Shown piece by piece: positions 15,801 to 28,514 of a stretch of DNA of 64,000 nucleotides. The stretch lies in assembly GCA_050613775.1 (NCBI GenBank), contig JBODTK010000001.1:744001-808000 (forward strand). Reading direction: 5' to 3'. Origin of the DNA: Neocallimastix sp. 'constans'. Taxonomy: Eukaryota. The position numbers and the translations under genes were made by a program. How positions within the stretch are numbered: position 1 is the stretch's first letter; every line of letters starts with the position of its first letter. The notes under the pieces were generated by a model. The model did no database searches, had not been told where the DNA came from, and saw nothing but the letters and a program-made list of their open reading frames with translations.

Positions 15801-16286
15801 TTGGTTTAAAAAAAAAATATATATTTTTCTTTTTTTTTTATTTTTTTTTTTGTTTATATGTTAATTATATATTATTAATAAGAATATATATAATTTTATT
15901 TTTTTTTATAATAAAAATAGAAAAAAGAAAAATATAATTTATTTTATAGAATTATTTTAATATAATTATAATATTGCATATTATAATTTTTTTCTTTTTC
16001 TTTTACATAGATACAAATAATATTAAAGTAAATCTATAAAATAAATTACAACAAAAATATTATATATTTTTATTGTATAATTTTAAATATCAATATATGT
16101 ATGAATAGAAAATACATATAAACTTTCAAATATATCTATATTTGTAAATAATAGATACTTTTTAAAATAAATAATAATAAATTCAAAATTATAAAACATT
16201 CAATAACATATCAAATAGTTAAAACCAAAGAAAAAAAAAAAAAAAAATTGCATTCTAATTTTATAATAATAAATTAATTTTATAAA

Positions 16287-17846
16287 ATGAAATTTCAATT
16301 CCTTTTATTTAACATTTTAATAACATTTTTAGTTTTAATTAAAGCTGAACCCATTTGCCAAGATGAGGAAGGAAATGTTATACCATGTAAAATAGTCATT
16401 GATAGATTAGAAGATTTTGGTTTTGATCAATTAAGAAAGGGAGATATAGATGTTCCAAATGAAAAGACTGGAAAAACAATTACTAAAACTTCTATAAAAG
16501 AAAAAAGATCATGGAATAATCCATGGGGTTGGAATCCATGGGGTTGGAATAATTGGTTTAAACCATGGAAAAATCAAAATAATCATCAAAATACCAGTAC
16601 TACTAGTAATGTTGAAGATAAAAGTAGAACTAAAACAATGTCTCCACCATCAACAATTCTTACTACCACCGCTATTATCACTACCACTACCACTACCACT
16701 ACAATTGTTCCAATATCTGAAAGTTCTATTTCTAATGAAGCTTCTGTTACTAGTTCTTCAAGTATCAAGACCAGAGCTTCTAAGGCCATTCCAACAGTCA
16801 GTAGTAGTAGACGTAGAAGCCATACAAAGTCACCACCACCAAAAATCCTTACCGCCACCACTACCACTACTACCACTACTACCACTACTACTACTACTAC
16901 AAATTCAACATTTAAAATGCCAGTTAAAACTCTTCCTCCAAGAATAAGATTTAGTACTACTGAAACAACTTCAACATTTGATAGGCCAGTTAAAACTCTT
17001 CCAGGAGCAACAACTAGCACAATTTCTACTACGAAAGCTCCTCCTAATACAGTACGAAGAGTAACAACATATCGAAGAGCATCAATAACATTTACATTTA
17101 CTAAAGATCCACCTGTTCCAAATGTTACTAGAAGACCTGATTTTTTTGCCACCACCACCACCACTACTAGAAGATCCCCAATTCCTATATATACACCAAT
17201 TACTTTCCCTATAAAGGAAGACTTTGCTTTTACTGATTTTCATAAATGTACAGCTGATGAAACTGAAAAATTAAATGGGATAATTCCAGATTTACAAACT
17301 TATAAGGGTGCTGCTTTAGAAGTAGCATCTCATCCAGAAAATTTAGAATATACTGATATTTATATGAAATACTTTAAGAGAGAAAGCGAAAGAGATCGTG
17401 TACTTTATATTCTTAATAGTATAAACGATTTAAATTCCATAGAAGCTTATTGTGATTCTAAGCAAGATCCTATATGTGAAGATATTGACGAACCAGTCGC
17501 TTGGACATATACTAATAGTACAGAAATCCATCTCTGTCCAAGATTCTTCGAAAAACCAATGGATGGAAGTATTGAAAAACATACTAGTGAAGTGGCTTCC
17601 ATAATTCTTCATGAAATTACTCATTTATTTGGTACAAATGATTATGGCTATGGTGAACTATCCTGTGTAAAAATGGATTATTCTGCCTCAGTAAGGAATG
17701 CTGATAATTATCGTCTTTTCGCAATGGAAAGTATTTATTATATTCTTGATAAAAACTCTACTATTAAGAAATTTAAAAATAAATTAAGTATTGATTTCAG
17801 AGATGAACCATTTAAGGATAAAGTTTTAACAAGACCTCCTAATTAA
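16287..17846 (+). CDS. Secreted zinc metalloendopeptidase, family M35 (aspzincin/Lys-specific metalloendopeptidase-like), 519 aa, with a long Thr-rich N-terminal region
   Basis: Signal peptide MKFQFLLFNILITFLVLIKA. HEITH followed by GTNDYGYG (the aspzincin HExxH...GTxDxxYG signature), plus IHLCPRFF and NADNY motifs. Intronless. Confidence 0.9.
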   Translation: MKFQFLLFNILITFLVLIKAEPICQDEEGNVIPCKIVIDRLEDFGFDQLRKGDIDVPNEKTGKTITKTSIKEKRSWNNPWGWNPWGWNNWFKPWKNQNNHQNTSTTSNVEDKSRTKTMSPPSTILTTTAIITTTTTTTTIVPISESSISNEASVTSSSSIKTRASKAIPTVSSSRRRSHTKSPPPKILTATTTTTTTTTTTTTTTNSTFKMPVKTLPPRIRFSTTETTSTFDRPVKTLPGATTSTISTTKAPPNTVRRVTTYRRASITFTFTKDPPVPNVTRRPDFFATTTTTTRRSPIPIYTPITFPIKEDFAFTDFHKCTADETEKLNGIIPDLQTYKGAALEVASHPENLEYTDIYMKYFKRESERDRVLYILNSINDLNSIEAYCDSKQDPICEDIDEPVAWTYTNSTEIHLCPRFFEKPMDGSIEKHTSEVASIILHEITHLFGTNDYGYGELSCVKMDYSASVRNADNYRLFAMESIYYILDKNSTIKKFKNKLSIDFRDEPFKDKVLTRPPN

Positions 17847-17907
17847 ATGGGAGCATTTCAATAGAAATAATAATAATAAAAATAATAAAAAAAAAGAAAA
17901 AAAAATT

Positions 17908-17946
<39 letters not shown>

Positions 17947-18052
17947 TTAATTATCAATAAATATTTAAATAAAGTAAATAAATAAATGAAAACTATCCTA
18001 AAATATTATTTTATTGCTATTAAGTATTATTATTTTTTGTATAATTTTTATG

Positions 18053-18083
<31 letters not shown>

Positions 18084-18209
18084 TATAAAAAAATTATTAA
18101 AAAAAAAATTATTATAATTGTTAAATAATAATAATAATAATATTAATAAATTATATTAATAGTAATAATAATAAAGTATATAATTAAATTCAGATTAATA
18201 TTTATGCTG

Positions 18210-18240
<31 letters not shown>

Positions 18241-19474
18241 GTTATTTTTATATTTAGGAATAGTTCTTTTTTTTAATTTATATTTAACAAAAAAAAAAAA
18301 AGAGTTTAAAAATAAAAATAATAATAAAAAAATATATTATTTATATTATTTATTAGTTTAAAAAAAAAAAAAAAAAATAAATAAAAAAAAAAAATTAATT
18401 TTTTAAAAAATTAATATGTTATAATTCAATATTATTCTTTTTTATTTAATTATTATTTAATTGAAAATAAAATTTTATGATGATGGATATAATTCGTCAG
18501 CAATGAAGAAAATAGTTTTATTGTATTAATAAGTAAAATAATATGTAAAAGATACAAGATACATATATATATCTATAAAAATAATAATAATGATAATTTA
18601 AAAAAAAAAATAAAAATATATATTTTATTTCTTTCTAATTATTTTTATTTTTTATTTTTTTTTTTTTTTTTTTAATTGAATAATAATAATATAATAATAA
18701 TGAAAATATTAGTTATCCCCCTAAGAATTGAGATAATAATAAAATTAATGAATAAATGAATAAACAACAAAAAAAAAAAAAAAATAGGAAATCATTTATA
18801 TTTTTTTACATATAAATAGATGGAAAATGAGAATATCATAAATTTTCAATATAAAATACATATATGTCATATATATTATATTTGAATTATTTTTAACACA
18901 TTTTTTTTTTTCGATATATATAAATTATATAAATCAAAATACTTTCATATCTTACATCTCAGTATTCATTGCTCGAGTTGTACTTGTTTGGCAACAAGAT
19001 ACTATCGATTGTATTTGTGTTTTTGGTGAGCTTGGGTATCTAAGAAATATGGAGAAGGTATAAAAAAATAAATAAATAAATAAATAAATAAAAGATATTT
19101 TCTTTTTTATTTTTTTTTTTTTTTTTATAATTGAATATAAAGTATACATATAAATATTTTTATTATTATTTGAACATTATATATATATTTTTTTTTTTTT
19201 TTTTTTTTTTTGAAATAGAAAAACAATACTAATATTGTTTTTAAAAGTATAATAAGATATTTAATTAAAAATGATAAGAGAGATTATAATAATGATAATA
19301 AAGGAAAAAGAAAAAAAAAGAAAAAAAGAAAAAAAGAAAAAATATAATTAATATTTGTTAAAAGTATAAGTATAGTATATATGAATGATCATAAAAAATA
19401 TAAAAAAAATATTGAAGAAAAATTTTTTTCCTTATAATAATAATAATTATAATAATAATAATAATAATTATAAA

Positions 19475-19515
<41 letters not shown>

Positions 19516-19560
19516 GTATAAATAAATTTATTTTATAATTTATATTATATTATATAAATA

Positions 19561-19595
<35 letters not shown>

Positions 19596-20354
19596 TTTTT
19601 TTTGCAATATTAGATTGATAATTAAGAAGAAAAACTAATGGATATATATATATTTTTACTTGTAAATAAAATGAATACAAAATCACGAGACTTTCAGCAT
19701 ATGTATTTGGATGTAATTTGATGCTAAAAACAGTACAAAATAATATATAAAGTTCAAAATACAACAATGTTCAAAAGCACCTTCTGAGAAGTGTTAATGA
19801 TCATGGGACTTGTGAACGGTGATAAGCGAACTTGCAAGTCGAAGTAGCCACTAATCAGTCCATTGAGATCAACGCAGCAGCCATTCTACAACCAAAAAAA
19901 AAAAGCTTGAGTACTACGAATGCGCAGTATCAAGCAATGAGGAGACTCAAGCTGATGGCTTAAAAAAAAGGAAAAAAAAAAAGGTTATTAATAAAATTAT
20001 AAAGATTTTAATCAATTGATCAAATTAATATCTAGCATAAGAAAAAAAAATAATAATAATATTCAAATTATCTAATAAAGAAAAATAAATAAATAATATT
20101 TAAATTATCTAATAAAAAAAAAAAAAAAAATAAATGATATCACTTTTTACCACAATAAGAACAACGCTTGAGGAGAGTTTTCTATTAGTTTACCATTTTC
20201 TGATACTAATAGTTTTTATTATTACTTATATAATCTTCTTATAAGAAATAGGTCTGAATAAAGTTAAAAAGTTTAATATACTATAGTTCCACATTTATTA
20301 ATTTCAAATGAGCAATTTCTTTATATTAGCTCATTTATAGAATATATAAGAAGG

Positions 20355-20625
20355 GATTTTTGCTATAATTTTTAATCTATTATTGATAAGAGAGATGCCA
20401 GGATAGTTATATTAAAATCTGATGGATCACCCTTTTTATGAATAGACACTATCCATGTGTAATTCTCTGATTTTGGAAAATCACCATTCCAAATACGATT
20501 TGATTAAGGCTTTTAAGGCATTTACAAGCAGATGAAATATTACTATTATTTTCAATTTGATTTTTCTGAATCAACTTTATTAGGAATCAAAGCTTTAAAG
20601 AATTCCATTGGAATACCATCAGGAT
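20355..20625 (-). mobile_element. Degenerate non-LTR retrotransposon (LINE) reverse-transcriptase fragment
   Basis: Manual translation across frameshifts gives PDGIPMEFFKAL...NRIWNGDFPKS...IVSIHKKGDPSDF.NYPGISLINNRLKIIAK, matching the LINE RT N-terminal pattern GPDG.P.EF.K...IPKKGD....NYRGISL. Confidence 0.8.
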
Positions 20626-21274
20626 AACACACATTTTAAAACAAGGGGTAGATGAGATCGCCTCGCTAATTGTATTATAAATAAGTTAATAGAAAGATGA
20701 TGATCAATGAAGAGGAACAGAGGGGGAGATATTTTTATTCATTATAGCATAATAATAGAAGTGAAAAATAAAATAAAATATTAATGCAAAAAAACAAAAA
20801 ACAAAAAACAGAAAAAAAAAATAAGTATAAAATAAATATAAATTTTTTAATATATATTAATAAAAATATTTAAATATTAATAAAACACAATACATGTAAG
20901 TCAGATATTATTTTGTTACAATATTATTTTTTTTATTACTTTATAATTAGTTTTAATAATATAATTATAATTCTATAAAAAATAATAATACATAAATATT
21001 TTATTTCAATTCATTTATTTTTATTTTTATTTTTATTTTTTTTTTTTTAGCTGTTTTATTTTACTAAATAATATTTAATTACAAATTATTTATTAAATAA
21101 TTATGTATATAAATACTATAAACTAAAGGATTTTTGAAAAAAATTTATATAAAGAAAAAAAAAATTTTTTTATTTTTTTACAAAACTATATATATATATA
21201 AAGATAATAATAAATATGAATTAATATTAAAAAAAAAATAATATTATATTCATTTTTTGAACAGTTTATACAGT

Positions 21275-22814
21275 TTAGAATTCTGGTTTAGCGTTCTTTA
21301 ATAATTGAACGAAATATTCATGGAACCATTGACCAGCATCTGGGGCTCCTGGAAGTGAATCGGATTTAGCACAAACTGGATCAGCTCTAGTACCAGTAGA
21401 AGAACCATCAGCTTCTCCTGGAGTCTTAAGCCACATGTATGCATCAAGTAATGGCATACCTGGGTTTGGATTACCCTTGGAACGTTCACCAAAACCAGTA
21501 CCAACTAAGTTACACCAGGTGTCAGAACTAACTGGAACACCACTACGTCCAGTATCAACAACGAAATGCATATCTGGAATACCCACAGCAGAAAGAGCTG
21601 AAGCAAGTTTTTGATGGTAACCATATTCAGATTCAACTGGTTGGTAGTTAGATACATTAGTACTTAAACCACGAATCTTTCCATTTGGTGCATTACTTAA
21701 GATTTCTTTAATAACTGCGGCAACCTTATCTGTAGAATCTCCTAACCAACCACCGTGAGCTGCATCAATATAAACACTAACATTGCTCATACTACCGAAG
21801 ACATTAACACCATAAGATAAAGCATTCTTATGTAAGGTATGAACATTCTTACAAGCTTCACTATTAGCTGTAACAAGATTACCAAGAGTATCTGGTTCAA
21901 GAATCATAACAACCTTTGAATTTGGATAACTCTTAATAGTGCTAGAAATTTTATCGATGTAACCCTTGTAAGTTTCAAGACTATCGGCACCACCAGCTGA
22001 AGCATTAGCATTACAATCACGAGTTGGAATCATATACATAATGAAAACAACAGTTTTAGAACCAGCTGCTTCAAGATGTTGAGCAACTTCTCCTGGAGCA
22101 CCTTCCCAAGCTAACCAAACAGCAGTTGGAACACTTTTAACCTTTTCAGCCTTGTCCTTTAAATCTCCTTCCAATTTAGCTATAGAAGAATCAACTTCTT
22201 CAATGAATCTTGGATTAGCGTAAATTTCATTTTGGAAAAAGTTTTGAGAACTTCCACTACCACCAGTATTGGCAGGGGCTTGTTGTTCAACTGGAGCTTG
22301 TTGTTCAGCTGGGGCTTGTTGTTCAGCTGGGGCTTGTTGTTCAACTGGAGCTTGTTGATTTTGGTTTTGGTTTTGGTTTTGGTTTTGGTTTTGGTTTTGA
22401 TCCCATGGATTTTGTTGTGGTTGTTGGTTTTGATTTTGATTTTGATTTTGATCCCATTGGTTTTGTTGTGGTTGTTGATTTTGGTTTTGGTTTTCCCATG
22501 GAGCAGCATTTGAAGCAGAATTATCAACTTCACATTGTGAGTACCATTCGTTTACAGCAACACACTTGTAACCGTCTTGACAACATTTTTCACCAGAAAA
22601 GTTGTTTCTAAAGGATTATATATATAGATAATATTAAATTAATTATCAATAAATACTATTTTTAATTATATATATTCTATTTATATCTTTATATTTATTA
22701 TCATTATATTTTATATATTTACCCTCCACATTGGGCATATGGACCAGCACATGCAGCGTTTGTTAATTTGAAAAGTGTAGCACTAAGAATACTAGCACAA
22801 ACAATTAATTTCAT
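21275..22814 (-). CDS. cel6: GH6 cellobiohydrolase with N-terminal CBM1 (copy A), 474 aa; exons 22814-22723 and 22607-21275
   Basis: Signal peptide MKLIVCASILSATLFKLTNA. CBM1 ACAGPYAQCGG^NNFSGEKCCQDGYKCVAVNEWYSQC is split by a 115-nt phase-2 GT-AG intron. Q/N/P linker. GH6 motifs PTAVWL, IPTRDC, ILEPD, DAAHGGWLG, TNVSNY, DTGR, WLKTPGEADG, PDAGQWF. Confidence 0.95.
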
Positions 22815-23593
22815 TTTATTTTGAGGTTTTAATAGTTAATTGCTTTACAAATAAAAGAAAAAAAAATTTTTTTTTACAATTTAAAAATAAATTAAAAAAC
22901 AATTTATATATATTACAATTTTATTAAAAATAAAAATATATAATTATTATTTTTTAATAAATAAAAAATATTTATAATGATATGAATAATAAATAAAAAA
23001 AAAAAAAAAAAATAGAGAAAAAAAACCTTTATTTATATGTAAAGAAAAAAATAAAAATGAATATAAATTTTTTTTTTTTTTAAGTTAAATAATAAAAAAA
23101 TATAAAAAGTGTACATGAAACATGGAACAGAAATACAATTACTCCGAATGAATAAAATTAAAGTATATAAAGGAAATATAAAATTTTTTAAAATTGCAAA
23201 TAATTTTACTGATTGACCGTTATAAAAAAATTAACTTATTTTTAATTGGTGTAATTTCTTTTTTTTTAATAATAATTTATTTTTTATTTTAAAAATTTAA
23301 ATTAAATCATTGTTATTTATGGAAAAATAAAACAAGAGAGAGAGAAAAAATTTTTAAACTTATTTTTAATAATTTCATTTTTGATAATTATTAAAATTTA
23401 TAAATTAATTTTTTTTTTTTTTTTTTATAATTTCTACTATACATTATATACATAATATATATATGTTAGAAATAAAGACAAATAAAATAAAATAAAATAA
23501 AATAAAAAATAGAATGAAAAATAAAATAATTAAAAAATATTTAACTACAATTATAATAATAATAATAATAATATAATTATAATAATAATAATA

Positions 23594-23640
<47 letters not shown>

Positions 23641-25306
23641 GTAAAATAAAATATTAATAAATGAATAAAATAAGAAAATTAAAATAATTAGACAAATAGA
23701 TATTACAAAATATACAATAAGCAATATCCATAATACAAAAAATGCAATATAAAAATATAAAATATTAGAAGATAAAATTCAAAATGTAAATAAAAAAAAA
23801 AAAAAAAAAAAGCAATTTTAACAAATGTTTCAGAAGTTATTCATTATTATTATAAACAAATACCAATTATTACGGAATTTACTTTCCTAAACATAATTTT
23901 TAAAAACCTTAATTATTATATTTTATTTTTTTCATTTTATTATATTTTATGTATTTTATTAATTTACATTTAATTGTTTTAAATATATATTAAATCCGTG
24001 TTATCTTTTTTTTATATTATTTATTTTTTTTTTAAAGGAAAGATATAAAACATACATGAATGATTTATATTTTATAAATTCAGATCATAAATAAATCTTT
24101 ATCTTTTAAAATAATCAATTTATAAAATAATTTTATATTAATAAACAATTAATTAATAATTATTATAATAAAAAACAATTATAAATTATTACTAATTATT
24201 TTTAAATAAAAAATATGTATTATTTTCCTTTTTTTTTTTTTTTAATTTCTACAATAAATTTATATTTGAAAAATTAAAATCCTCTAAAAATACAATATTA
24301 TGAACGTTTGTTTTATTATTTTTTATTCCAATATAAAATTACATTTTTTATTTCTATTATATATTTTTTTTTATTAGTTTTTAAATATTTTTCTTAATTT
24401 TTAACTTTTAAAATTATAAATTTTAATTTTGTATTTTTTTAAATTCGTTTTATATTATATTTTTGAAATTATATTATTTGTTTAATATTATTTAATAAGA
24501 TTATAATTCAAAAAAAAAAAAATATTCCGTTTGTTTCAGATATTTTATATATTTTGTATTTATCAATTAAGAAATTTTTTAATATAAAAATTTCACTATT
24601 TATTATTCATTAATAATTTTTTTTTTTGAACTAAACAAAAGTATATTTATATTTATAAATATTTTATTATTAGTATTATTGCACCAAATATGAACTCTAA
24701 TTTTATAACTAAATGTTATTTTATTTTTTTTATTTTTTTTTTTTTAAATAAATGTATTACATTAAATATTATTATAATTTAATTTAATTTAATTTGATTA
24801 TATTAATTTTTTTATCTTTCCTAATTGATCAAAGAAAAATCTTAATATTATGAATTTTGATAATAAATAAATAATAAATAAATAATAAATAAATAAACAA
24901 ATAAAATAATAATAAATAATACTACTATTAATAAATAAATAATAAATAAATAAACAAATAAAATAATAATAAATAATACTACTATTAATAAATAAATAAT
25001 AAATAATAAAAAGAGTATTTATTAATAAATAATAAATAATAAAAAGAGTATTTATTAATAAATAATAAATAATAAAAAGAGTATTTATTAATAAATAATA
25101 AATAATAAATAAAAAAAATAATAATAATTTTTAGTTAAAAATTAAAAAATTTCTTGCTTTTTAAAATATTATAAAATTTTAAATATATTTATTAGTTTTA
25201 CAACATACATATTTTGATTATAGTATTTACTATTCCATAGTAATACTGATGATAATAATAAATTATTCATTGAACATACTCCTTATTGTATAATATATAT
25301 TTTATT

Positions 25307-25353
<47 letters not shown>

Positions 25354-25644
25354 AAAAACAGGAAAGAAATTAAAACAAAAAGTTAAAATCTAAGGAGTTT
25401 ATTAGGTTTTATTTAAAACATAAAAAATATTAATAAATGTATTTATAAACAAATAGAAAGTATTGAACCATTACAACAATAATACATGTATTAACCAATA
25501 GAAATATATCTATATATTATAATAATAATATAAAGTATTTGTGAAATATAATATACATATATAATAATAATATAAAAGAATTTAGAATATGAAATTACAC
25601 AATAATTTATTATAATAAGGAATAAATAATAAATAATAAAATGA

Positions 25645-26360
25645 TTTTCATAACGTGGCTTTATATAAAATATGGCGTATTTAAACAAAACGTTTGAACA
25701 AAGATGGCTTAAATTTATTAAATAAATAAAAAAACATTAAAAAAACATTTCAATAATTTTTGTTAAAACAATAATAATTATAATACTTAATAATATTTAA
25801 TTTTAAAGATATATTTTTATATTTTTGTTGAATAATAATAAAATACTATTTAATAATATTTTATTTTAAAATGTATTTCAATATTTATTGTTAAAATATT
25901 ATTTAATAATATTTAATTTTAAATATATATTTCTATTTTCTTGTTTACATAATAATAAAATAATATTTAATAGTATTTTTTGTTAAAACAATAATAATAC
26001 TTTATAATATCTAATTTTATAGATATATTTAAATATTTTTTGTTAAAATAATAAAGCAATAATAATTATAATAGTTAGTATTATTTAATTTTAAAGATAT
26101 ATTTTAATTTTTTTGTTGAAATAATAATAAAATAATATTAATAATATTCAATTTTAAAGATATAAATTATATTTTTTTTATTTATAATAATTTATTCTTT
26201 TTCCTCTATTTGTTTCACTTTTTTCAATTTTTAGATTTTCCCCCTTTTTTTGAAGGTTAAAAATAAAATATATTTAATTTTTTATAATTTATTATTTATA
26301 TATTTAATTTAAATTATTATTATTTATTTTATTTATTATTTATTTATTTAATTCTTTTTC

Positions 26361-26392
<32 letters not shown>

Positions 26393-26473
26393 ATTTTTTA
26401 TAATTTATTATTTATATATTTAATTTAAATTTTTATTATTTATTTTATTTATTATTTATTTATTTAATTCTTT

Positions 26474-26510
<37 letters not shown>

Positions 26511-26602
26511 AAGTGACAATTATAAATAAAAGTGTTTAGGAGAAAATTTTTTTTTAAATTTAAAAAAAAAAAAAAAATTAACCCAATTATTTATTTCTTA
26601 TT

Positions 26603-26637
<35 letters not shown>

Positions 26638-26722
26638 GAATTATTTTAAAGAAATAAAAATGTGGGGCGTTAAATTACAAAAAAATTTTATTTATAAGTC
26701 CGTTTCGAAATGCAACATACTC
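25645..26722. mobile_element. MULE-type MITE, family 1, copy 2 (expanded by internal duplications)
   Basis: Shares tggctttatat.aaat.tggcgta.ttaaa, the tgtttca.tttttcaa.ttt..gattt core and aaaaatgtggggcgttaaatta with 12249-12844. Right end is GAAATGCAACATACTC; left end is eroded. Confidence 0.75.
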
Positions 26723-26732
26723 ATAAACCTTA

Positions 26733-27280
26733 TAAATAATAAATAATAAATAATGAATAATGAATAATAAATTAATAATAAAAGTATTTATTAATAATTG
26801 AATAATAAATAACAATAAATAAATAATAAATAATAAATAATTAATAATAAATAATTAATAATAAATAATAAATAATTAATAATAAATAATAAATAATAAA
26901 TAATAAATAATAAATAATTGAATAATAAATAATAAATAATAAATAATAAATAATAAATAATAAATAACAAATAATAAATAATTAATAATAAATAATAAAT
27001 AATAAATAATAAATAATTAATAATAAATAATAAATAATAAATAATAAATAATAAATAATTGAATAATAAATAATAAATAATAAATAATAAATAATAAATA
27101 ATAAATAATAAATAATAAATAATAAATAATAAATAATAAATAATAAATAATAAATAATAAATAATAAATAATAAATAATAAATAATAAATAATAAATAAT
27201 AAATAATAAATAATAAATAATAAATAATAAATAATAAATAATAAATAATACAATAATAAATAATAAATAACAAATAACAA
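26733..27280. repeat. (AAATAAT)n satellite
   Basis: Long 7-bp-period run. Confidence 0.9.
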
Positions 27281-28514
27281 ATAATAATTATAGGTATTAT
27301 TAAAATTGAAACACAAAAAAAAAACATCATCATCCTATTTTTGACATAATTAAATAATTTAAAAAAAAAAAAGAAAATTATATAATTAATAAATAATTTT
27401 AAAAGATAAATATTTTATTAATTTTTAATTATATTTAAATTTAAAATAGTTAAAATTTAATTTATATTTAATTTATAAAATAAAAACAGAATAGAAATAA
27501 ATTAAATTTTCACAAAGTTATTTCATTATTATTCTATAAATAGAAATTTTTTTTTTTAAGGTTTGCTTCAGTTAATCATAAAACATTTATATAGAAATAA
27601 AAAATAATATAAAATAATCCGTTGATTTTAATAAAATTGTTTTGAAATATTAAAATATCAATTTTTTATATATAAATTTAATATTATGAATAAAATTTAA
27701 TATTCTTAATATAATATTCTTAAATATTATTTTAAAAGTAATAAAATATTAATAAAATAAATTTTACATTATTATTGTAATATCCGCTTAATAAGTATTA
27801 ATAAAAATAGATGGTGCGAAGATATTATTAATAAAAAAAAAAGATATTGAATAAATAAAAAATATATTAATATTAATATAGATTTTTTATAAAATATAAA
27901 AAGTTTAATTTAAAAAATTAATACTAAACGGCATTTTATAATTATTTTAATTCTTATTTACTTATTTATTTATTTATGTATCTTTATCTTTAATTATTTT
28001 TAATTTACATAAAAATGAACGGACTCATGATATTAATTTTCTTATTTATTATTAAATATTCTATTATATTAAATTATCTATCAATGAAATAAAAAATATA
28101 TATTTCATTTTGTAGAAATCAATTACTATTCTTATAATAAAACTTATTAATTTATTTTTAAAATATAATTTTTCTTTGTAGTGCATAATAATAAAGATTA
28201 AAATTAATTTTTTATTAATTTTTATTCTTTTAAATTTATTTTTTAATTAAAGAGAAAAGCTTTAACATGAATAATAAAAAATTATTTTTCTATATAAAGA
28301 GAAAAAAATCTTTTTTTTTATTATTATTATTATTATTAATTGTTATATAAATATAAATTGTAAATTGTAAAATATAAATATTTATTTATAAAAAAAAAGA
28401 AAAAAAAAAAAAAAAAGAAAAAATCTTTATTGTTAATATTGTAAAATAGGTTAATACACTTACTTAGTATATAGATATATATTTTAATTTATTATATAAT
28501 ATAATTTATTCAAA

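Noticed and set aside
19921..19945. GCAGTATCAAGCAATGAGG resembles the U4 snRNA 5' stem-loop
   Set aside because: No proper U6-pairing segments and no Sm site.
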